Assembly (NCBI GenBank): GCA_030264375.1
Contig: JASCQW010000162.1
Location: 13,814,343 to 13,878,342, forward strand
Length of the DNA stretch: 64,000 nt
From: Carcharhinus longimanus
Lineage: Eukaryota
Direction of reading: 5' to 3'
How positions within the stretch are numbered: the stretch's first letter is position 1; each line of letters begins with the position of its first letter. A program made the translations under genes and the position numbers. Below are positions 24,692-33,900 of the stretch, piece by piece. Under the pieces are notes generated by a model. That model was not told the DNA's origin, searched no databases, and was given only the letters and a program-made list of their open reading frames with translations.

Positions 24692-25853
24692 ATGGATGCT
24701 TTGGGGAGTCCGATGATGGACCCAACATTCGCCAAGCGAAACCCAGCGCTGAGATTAGTAGATTTGGCAGGAGCTCACCACCATCACCATCATCATCACC
24801 ATCCCCCCCAGAGCATGACAGGCTTCCCGGGGCTCAGCGGCCATCCCCACTCAATGGCACACACGCACCCTGGGGAGAGTGCTGGAGAACCCCGCCTGGG
24901 GCCGAGTCCTTTCGGGCCTGAACACATGGGGCACCCTGCAGCCGCCGCTGCGCTTAAACTCAGCCCAACCCATCCCCACCACCATCACCACCATCATCAT
25001 CACCATCATATGGCAGGCCACGCTGAGGCTGTCTCCAATCCAACGGCAGCTTTTGGCCCAGCGCAGGCGGCGGCAGCAGTCAGTTACTCGGTCTCTCACT
25101 CCCACGCCAGCTACACTGCCCAGGCTATCTCGGCAGGTAGAGACTTCCTCATCCGCAGAGATTTGACATCCTCAGTAATGCCAGGTCTCACTGATCAATA
25201 TCCTGGCACAAGTTCTCACCACGGAATGTTTGTATCAACAACAGGTAGCTACCCCGGACACCATGGTCACCCCGAGGCTGGAAGCCACTCTCTATTCCCT
25301 GGACTGCATGACCAGGCTTCCCATACAGCCCCAGCTGGACACCATCTGAACGGACAGTTAAGACTGGGGCTACCTGGAGACATGTACGCCAGGTCTGATC
25401 ACTACAGTCAAGTAGCAAGTTCCAGGAGTGATCCCTTTGCCTCTTCCCCTCTACATGGCTACGGTGGCATGAATATTAACATGAACCTGACTGGCCACCA
25501 CGGTCCAGGTGCATTTTTTCGCTACATGAGACAACCCATCAAGCAGGAACTGATCTGCAAGTGGACTGAACCGGACCCTGTCACTAAAAAACCATGCTCA
25601 AAAACTTTTAGCACGATGCACGAACTGGTTACTCACGTAACAGAGGAACACGTTGGGGGACCAGAGCAGTCGACTCATATCTGTTTCTGGGANNNNNNNN
25701 NNNNNNNNNNNNNNNNNNNNNNNNNNNNNNNNNNNNNNNNNNNNNNNNNNNNNNNNNNNNNNNNNNNNNNNNNNNNNNCCTGTCCATTCCCTGGCTGTGG
25801 CAAAGTCTTTGCCAGATCAGAAAACCTCAAGATCCACAAAAGAACTCACACAG
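24692..25853 (+). CDS. zic4: Zic4 coding exon 1 (long N-terminus with poly-His tracts, ZF-NC, ZF1-ZF3; 86 N inside)
   Basis: First in-frame ATG at 24692: [27 protein letters not shown], a Zic4/Zic5-class N-terminal motif. Continues [40 protein letters not shown] and the fingers. Donor ACA G|GTTAGT at 25854. Divergent pairing with Zic1 identifies it as Zic4 rather than Zic5. The exact start codon is uncertain. Confidence 0.92.
24776..25009 (+). repeat. Two (CAC/CAT)n coding repeats: His9 (24776-24802) and His11 (24977-25009) in Zic4
   Basis: Direct translation; mixed CAC/CAT codons. Confidence 0.95.
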
Positions 25854-25855
25854 GT
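25601..25855 (+). repeat. Inverted near-identical copy of 10410-10664 (Zic1/Zic4 ZF1-3 coding tract)
   Basis: Hand alignment: 90/92 identical at 25601-25692 and 77/77 identical at 25779-25855. Both copies span exactly 255 bp. Confidence 0.95.
25693..25778. other. 86-N run inside Zic4 exon 1 (ZF2 and linker)
   Basis: Positions 25691-25780 are exactly the 30 codons expected for [30 protein letters not shown], so the frame is preserved. Confidence 0.95.
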
Positions 25856-28800
25856 TAGTATTTTCGAAGGATCATTATCATTCTGTTTTACTTCATTTTA
25901 CGGTACCCGAAAGTTCATGACAGTGTTTTCGGTCTGTTACCAGGGGATACTTCAGTCCAAATAGACAGCGAAGCTGGGCTTGATGTGGCTTGGAAAGTAG
26001 CCTGATTTTTGCAGCATTTGTATATGTCACACAGCTCTAAGAACTTTGCATTGCTGTGGGTAGTAAATAATTTATCATGTATTCGCTGTAAACACTCTTG
26101 CGGTTGCAGATAATAAAGCAGTCTGATTCAATATCTGCAAAAAGTGAAAGTCGCTGGCTTTCTTCCCTTAAGCTATTATTAAAGATTGTTCCAAAACGTA
26201 ACATTTGGAACTCTGTGGACCCTGTTTTGCCATTAAGTAGATTTCAGTCAATGCTTTTGCTGAGAATTATTAAAGAGTGAATTGCATATTTTGTTCTATT
26301 CGTTGCTGTGTCCCACGAACATAAATCTGTTAAGTCCAATCACCATGTGCTGTAACTGTACTACAAGTGTTTATCTGCATCCTAATCTACTTGTTTCTTT
26401 TCTTTAATTTTTTTTTAAATCTAAAGATGTTAGAAGCCTCAGACTCAATGAAAACAAATGTTCAGGCCTACGTTTTCCGAAAATGTCATTTGCAGAACCA
26501 TTTCTGAAACTGGGACATGTGTCAAAAACATCTGCTAGTTCCACTTAGCAGCAAGGAAATTGAGTAGATCGAAGCGTATTCAAAGCTGCGTTTGAACTTC
26601 CCAAGCCAGGAATAATCTATAAGTAATGAATCCGCGCAGATTAAAAAAAAATCGCACTCCCTGGGAAAAGCCTCTATTAATTGGGCTTGCAGGCAGCGGT
26701 TCGATCCGTCGCGGGGACTCGCTCTGTGTTATTGTGCGCCTTGAGCGCGGCCTAGCCGGGGAACTTCCCTTCGAATCTCTCCCCCCTCAGAAGCCGAAGA
26801 TATTTCAGTTTTATGGTCAGTCTTGTGGTAGCAAAACATGTTTCTTGGCAGTTTCCTTTCGGTCCCGAGTGGAAGATTGAGAAGGTGTGGTGGTTGGAGT
26901 GNNNNNNNNNNNNNNNNNNNNNNNNNNNNNNNNNNNNNNNNNNNNNNNNNNNNNNNNNNNNNNNNNNNNNNNNNNNNNNNNNNNNNNNNNNNNNNNNNNN
27001 NNNNNNNNNNNNNNNNNNTTTGGGGGTGGTGGGGGGACTCTTTGCAAAATGAGGAGGCACATTTTCATCTGAGGCACTTTGCTGCACCGAAACTTGTAAA
27101 CTCTTCTAAACTGTCCGCTTACGTTTTCTCCACCATGCCCCGCAACCATCTCCTGTCTTTACTCGTTACATTATGTGCAATGTCCGTTTGGGGGGGTTTA
27201 ACCGAATGGAAGGTGTGTTTTGAATGCATATCGTAACAAACGGGGGCGGGGGGGGGGGGTGGTGCGGGGGGGCGGTGGTGTGAGCCTTTTTCTAGGTCTG
27301 TTCCTCGGTATATTTTAAATTCAGAAGATATTTTCCATTTACAATTTAAAGATAACACTAATAAACTGCAGCGTTCAGTTGGGGGAAAGAAATACAATGT
27401 AGGGAGCACGTTGTAGCGGAGGTAATGTGTGAAATGGATAATTCAAAAATATACCACGTAATGAACGCGTTACGTTTAATATTTTTAAACAGCCGATAGC
27501 ACAAGACACACAAATTCATTTGTGCTGTGGGCCCAGCATACGCACACTGTGCGTATCTGACACTTGATAGTATTGTCTGTGCTTGCCTAAACAAACTTTC
27601 CCAGCACTGCATGGACTTCGGCTCAGCAGTTTAGAGTGATGAGCACTTAATTTGCAAGAACAATTCATTGGACAGACCATATTTCTATTTATTTAAAAAA
27701 TACTACAGTAGCCCATGAAAGGGCGGTGTGTTTAGTTGAGTTGAGTGCTCACACGTTCCCATATTTCAGTTAAATAGCATTCCCCATATGTTGCAATTAA
27801 TCACTGTAGCTGTGATAAATACTGCATTTCTCTTTTAGTTTAAAATTGCACACACTATTGTTACTAAATTCTTAAATAAAAAATAGCAAGTATAGTAATT
27901 CTATTAACAAAGTAATTATCTTGTAAAATATTCATGCCGTTTGATTGGCTTCAGTCCTTTATAGGCTAGTTTTATTGAATTGAAATCCCGTCCCTTTTAC
28001 ATTATTTATTTCAACAAGCATGAAAAGATCGCCTCTGGGTAAACAGAGGCTTCAGTAGTTTTGTCACCTCACTTATAAAATATTACCGTACAAAGTCCAA
28101 AGCTGGAATTAAACATGCATGTTAAAAGATTGATTAGAACGTGAAACCCGCTTGCAGAGCTTATCACCAGGTAGACATTTATTCCACTCTCTCTCTCTCT
28201 CCAAGTTATCTAATGCAAAGTTTGAATTCAATTTCAGGGAGGCTTTCGTCGACTTATTTATTTTAGCCCGGACTAAGCTAACTGGTGAGATGACACTTAA
28301 CAAGGATTGGTCGCAGTTAATCTTATATTACTCACTCCTTTATACACAGCATTAATAGTAAAGAAGGAGAAATGTGTAGCCAGGAGGAGTTTAGAGCTCT
28401 CGGGAATTGTCAGAGCAGACTTCATGCTCACAGTGTCGGACGCTCCAGACACGGCACAATAACAGTGTTTATGAGTCTGGGCTTCCCCTTGGGTCCACTA
28501 ACTTACCACTAGCTTGTACTACACTAATATCGTTGATTGGCCGTCTCAACCTAGCAAGTGAAGGTCAAATTATTCTAACGGCTTTCTGAACGTTTGGCTA
28601 ATTACGGTGTAATATTAAATCGACATTTTGAGAGTTCGGTGAAGGGCCTTTGCTGTAAAGCACGCAGCCTGGCTTTGTAGCCGCACCGGATTGCATTTAC
28701 CGCAGATTGTTTTTTTTTTAAATCAAATTTAGAATTTATGAGAGTGTAATGTTTTATTGGAATAATCACCGATGCCCTTTTTTTGAAAATAAGTTTTTTT

Positions 28801-29131
28801 CTCTCTCTCTAAATTTCCCACCCCTGCTAATTCAGAAATCCGTTGTGTGTCACACTGATTTGGTGACGGTGCTTGCAGGCCTTGGCTTTAAGCACAGCTT
28901 TAACTTCACTAACAAGGGTAAACCATTACGTCACAGCAAATCTGTAAGAACCTACCTGCAACCCACCACTGGAATATGCATGCCTCGAATGGATAATTTA
29001 ACATTTCTTGAAATGTGTGTTGGTGATTAAATTGCACTTTTAATAGTGGATAATAACTTAATGTTAATAATGAATGGTAATACCTTAACGTCTGTGAACT
29101 CATCACTCTGCCCCTTGTGGTTTTCCTTCAG

Positions 29132-29568
29132 GAGAAAAGCCCTTCAAGTGCGAGTTTGAAGGCTGTGACAGACGTTTTGCTAACAGCAGCGACAGGAAAA
29201 AGCACTCGCATGTGCATACAAGTGACAAGCCCTATAACTGCAAAGTAAGGGGCTGTGATAAATCGTACACGCACCCCAGCTCCCTTCGTAAGCACATGAA
29301 GGTCCATTGCAAATCTCCACCTCCCAGCTCGGGCTACGAATCCTCCACCCCTTCGCTGGTATCGCCTTCTTCGGACTCAGGTCGGGACCCCCCGGCTCCA
29401 GCCTCCCAGCTTGACCCCATCACATCTTCTCACGCAGCTAACCTCAGCGAGTGGTACGTGTGTCAGAGTACAGGAGCAAGCGGCATCCCAACACCTCCAA
29501 GTAACTCCTCATCACCTGGACCAAGAGAGCACCCTTACAGAAACTCTGACCCCAGAACTATTCTCTAA
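29132..29568 (+). CDS. zic4: Zic4 coding exon 2 (ZF4-ZF5 and C-terminus)
   Basis: Acceptor GGTTTTCCTTCAG|GA. Encodes (G)[70 protein letters not shown]...NLSEWYVC...DPRTIL*. 1162+437 nt = 533 codons. No intron after HMK, unlike Zic1. Confidence 0.95.
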
Positions 29569-30293
29569 CCAGGAGGTTATGGCCACTCGGACATGAATCC
29601 ACAAAAATGTAACAAACATGACGTGGTCGTTGTTGTTGGTGTAGCAATGCCCTTGCTGCACTGGACTTGAGGAACTACTTGAGTTTCTGGAGGCCTAGCG
29701 CCTAAGAAAACAATGTAATGCACTGGCATGCAAATATATATATATATATATAACATGTATTAAAGAGAAAGTATCCCGAATGTAATCTTACACAAGTTGC
29801 AGTTTATAATTAAGAATGCGCGTATTGAACAATGCAGCACCTCCCTTCACTTACAAGTGATGCCAACATATAGTATTGTCTTCACAAGATGCTGTGTAAA
29901 GAATATCACTATCCCATTTCTTGTTATTACCTTTCTTTCTTATGGAAGAAAAAATACACACTGTTGTATCGATTTGTTAAGAAAGTACGTTGCAATTCTT
30001 TTTTTGAAAGCCAGGGAGGGTGATAGAAGATATTCGGTACACCTGATGTGAATAGTAATGAACAAAAGCCTTTCGAGGCCGAAACAAAATGGATACTTTA
30101 AAAGCCTGCCTAGCCTTTGACTTTATAAAGCATTTCTGCAAACCACATTTTCGGTGTTAGGCATCCTTGCAGAATAAGTCTGTAAAAACATATAAATATT
30201 GGTATTGACAAATGCAGCGTGCATCTGTGTTAAATAATTCGTTCCTTTTTTTCCTGTTTTATTTTCTTTGAAATAATTTATTTAAAATGGTAC

Positions 30294-30299
30294 AATAAA
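30294..30299 (+). terminator. Candidate proximal Zic4 polyA signal AATAAA
   Basis: GGTACAATAAAA about 730 nt after the stop codon, in a U-rich context. Confidence 0.45.
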
Positions 30300-30962
30300 A
30301 CACATTTTGTATAAATGACCCAAAGTGTTTTATTACAGGGCGATTAGACAGTGTACATTTTTTTCTTGGATTATTTTAAATAATTAGCGCGTGTTCTGTA
30401 AATTATAGTGTTTTATAACTGGAGGTTTTGACTATGTAGGATACTTTTCTTTTTGTATTTTTGCTCCTATTTTGATATACATTCGTACTGGTTTGTAACA
30501 AATTGATAATACTAGGAATACTGTTTAAAACTTTTAGAAAATGAGCCATTTGTCGTTAATATGCCTAGTAAAACATCGGTTCTGTCTTATCTCCGTGTCA
30601 TACATATTTAACCACTACTAAAAACCAAGATCTAACTCATTGGTATAGTCTTTTTTTGTAGTCGGGAGCTACAGATATTTTAGTACTTTTGATTTACGCT
30701 GAACGCACGTTTTCTTTTTAAATAGAACGCATTCTCTTTAAAATGTAACATCCGCGAAGCGCGTTTTCCCTTTGTGGAACCCTTAAAAAATAGTTGGTGA
30801 AAAGTTGTAAGACCGAGGTATTGTTACGGTGAAATCCTACTGTTTAAGCAGAAATCGTTGGAATGTGTACTGAACCCACATTGTACTTTGCCAATGTACG
30901 AATGGACTGTGCATAGTTTATAATTGTATTGTCAGAATTCACAAGTAAATGCGTCTTGTAAA

Positions 30963-30987
30963 AATAAATTTTGTAAAATAAAATAAA
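30963..30987 (+). terminator. Candidate distal Zic4 polyA signal cluster (3x AATAAA)
   Basis: AATAAA at 30963, 30977 and 30982, with several upstream TGTA elements. Confidence 0.55.
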
Positions 30988-33900
30988 ATGGCTGTTTGTC
31001 ACACTTTACAATGAAAAGCAAAATCACGCAACTGCCTGCTATCCATTAGATAAAGATGGTAATTGATAGTAGATAATGGATAGATATGTAACATATAGTT
31101 ACACAGATAGACCAATGATGAACAGAAATATATATATAGTATATAATATATTGATTTTGCTCTGATTAAAGCATCATATAAAACAGTTAGTCAACCCAAG
31201 AAACCAATGGCAAACCACTACTGTGTAAAAATAATTTAGGATCGGTTTAGTGCAAGTATCCCCTCATGGTACATTTGATGGATCAAAGGCCTAAATTTGA
31301 CAAAAGTACTTATCCTCTGGGAATCTCTGAAGTTGCAAACTAAGCCTTTTCTTTACTCAATCCAAACGATGATACATAACGGAAATATAGATTTTTTTTC
31401 TTTTCTCGCCATCTCTTACATACAAACGTAGCTAGAGTGTTTGACGTTTAGCCGCATAGCCTAGTTATTCTCTCTTCACTTTTTGTGGTATGGGGCCTAG
31501 CAAGTGGGATATAACGTATTGCACAGTAAGGGGACTAGGTTGCTATGCAAGATAAATAAAATGGAGTTAATATATTCGTTTCTCCCTCAGAGAAAGCCTA
31601 ATCTACTATATATTCCAGTAAACTCTGGACAGCTGTGAAAAGATATTAATAATCCAATCATCTTTTTCTCAGTTTGCTCTGTTGCACCGCCAGTGACTAT
31701 AGTCGTCTGACTTTACTTTATCGGGCGTCAAACAAGTTAGTTTTCTTTCTTTCCTTAAATATGTTTTCCCCAGATCCGGAGCAGACAGCATTACGTAGTC
31801 CAAAAAAAGAAACCAGGAGAAGAAAATTGAAGGAGAAGACAGACATCTTCAGAAAGACGTGGCATCCATGTCTTACAATATCTATGTTCGCGTGAAAGAG
31901 GTGGAAAGCCAGTCGAAACTTTTTCGATGAGCGTACAGCCAAACTATGAAACAATCGAAGAACAATTAAAAGTTGAGTAATAGTATCGATATAAAGTTTT
32001 TTTTTAAATGTAGTTTAGTCTAGTTTTAGATCAGATTTTGGTGGCGTGTGATGGATTCGCCACAAAACAATAAGACCCATGGAGTGAACTTTTGGACAAT
32101 CTTTTTTCGAAGTTTTGAAGTCTTAGCTGATGCCAAAAGTAAAATTATCCGCAAGTTTATAAATGAAAGTCATTACGAGGGGTAGGCATTCACCTTTAAT
32201 TTTTCATTTACTTGTTGCAGATGTCCATCCAGTTGCTATAGGTAATCCAAACAGCCACGACTCAAAAGCCTGAATATCCTTGTGGAGACATCAAAGCAGA
32301 AAATTCTACAAAGAAGTATTTCTTCGCAACGGTGAATCTTCATGGTGAGTTAGGATTTCTATGGCAATAGACAAGTCATACTTAAATACTGAAAGCCAAG
32401 TCTGGAGCTAGTCCAGTCTTTTCATTAAGAACGGAATGTGTACGTCTTATAGATCATATGTAAGAAAGTTTTTTGTGTGCATGTAGCTATGTGTGCATAT
32501 ATATGTGTGTATACATATATATATCATATATATATTTGTTTTACGCCGTTCATCTCATTGTTAGTGAACTTACGACAACATAAAAGTCTCACGCGAAGCA
32601 TGACTTGTATCAAATTCAAATAAAACCACAAATATAACTCGCGACCCACCCTCCAACCAAAAAAAGTAAAGACGGCTTGAGTCAAAGTGTCAATTAACTT
32701 TTTTATTTCCTGTTTCCATCTGATATAATTAATCAAGGAGCGAGTTAAACTTTCTATAAACTTTTAAAAGGACGAGGAGATCACNNNNNNNNNNNNNNNN
32801 NNNNNNNNNNNNNNNNNNNNNNNNNNNNNNNNNNNNNNNNNNNNNNNNNNNNGAAAGAGTATAACAGACACAAGGACTCTAATCAGACTCGGGCTGTTCA
32901 AAGAGCCGGGTTTTAGAATCCCAAAGTGTGAGTTTTATGGTACATCAGCACCGCACGCTAGGATCGCTATGGTAATGAACGGAGCAATAGCAAACTGCCT
33001 TCAAAGGAGGCACACTCAATTCGAGACACTCTATTAAGATACATTTGCGCTGACCTTTGGTTTCATGCTAGGTTAGTACAGTCAATCTTCACTTCATCAT
33101 AATCTTTAATATTTTGGGGTTGGGGCGAATTCTCAGGCGGATTAGAGATGGCCTGAATCAAGTTGCCTGGGCTCCTCGGAGTGGGAGCCCAGCGGGTTCG
33201 ATCCGGGCCCAGTGAGCAGATAAGTTGAGAATTCGTCTTTTAGTAATTGTCTTGTTGTTTATTTTATACAAGTACCCAGTGAATGGCGAAAAATAAACAC
33301 GGTGAAAAATAACCAAACAGTCGAGTCCTCTTTAGTGCAAACCCTTGTGGCTGAATAAAAAGGATGGTACATTCTCCATTCAGGGCAGAAGTCTTTGAAG
33401 TAGGAGTTATTATCTAAGGGATTCTTCCTTGTCGTCTTAACGACGCTGATGAAACGGAAAGCGTTCTTTGTCAGCGATTTGTTCTCCTCTCTGTCAAGCG
33501 TTTTCAGTCCGTTAGTTCTGGACCGTTTCTAAAGAGATAAAAGATGGAAAGACTTGTATTACTACCTTGAGCAGACAGGGCAATATTAGAACTGTTGCTA
33601 CATTTTAGACTGATCGGCAATTGTTGTTGATGTTATACTGCCGTACCTGTTCAAGAAATTCCTGCTCAAACATTTCCGAAACTTCAAAATGTTAGGGTAA
33701 CTATTCAAGGGACAAGAGTGACGACATAAAAGTGACGACTATTTTAGGTGTTATGAATAGGATAATGATCGGTGATTTCCCTCCGATTTAAACGTGCATA
33801 AAACACAAGACCCCGCATTAAACTCGACCCATTTGCTTTCCTGCGGCAGTGTGATATCAAAGTTGAAAAATGTTCATCAACAAACCCCGGGTTTTGTATT

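Noticed and set aside
25693-25778. Zic4 as a pseudogene or disrupted gene
   Set aside because: The N-run preserves frame and expected length, and splice sites and stop codon are intact.
24686-29568. Identification of the plus-strand gene as Zic5 (KRNP.LRL.DLA motif)
   Set aside because: The motif is shared by Zic4 and Zic5. Linkage to Zic1 and the KVRGCDK...[12 protein letters not shown]-terminus favour Zic4.
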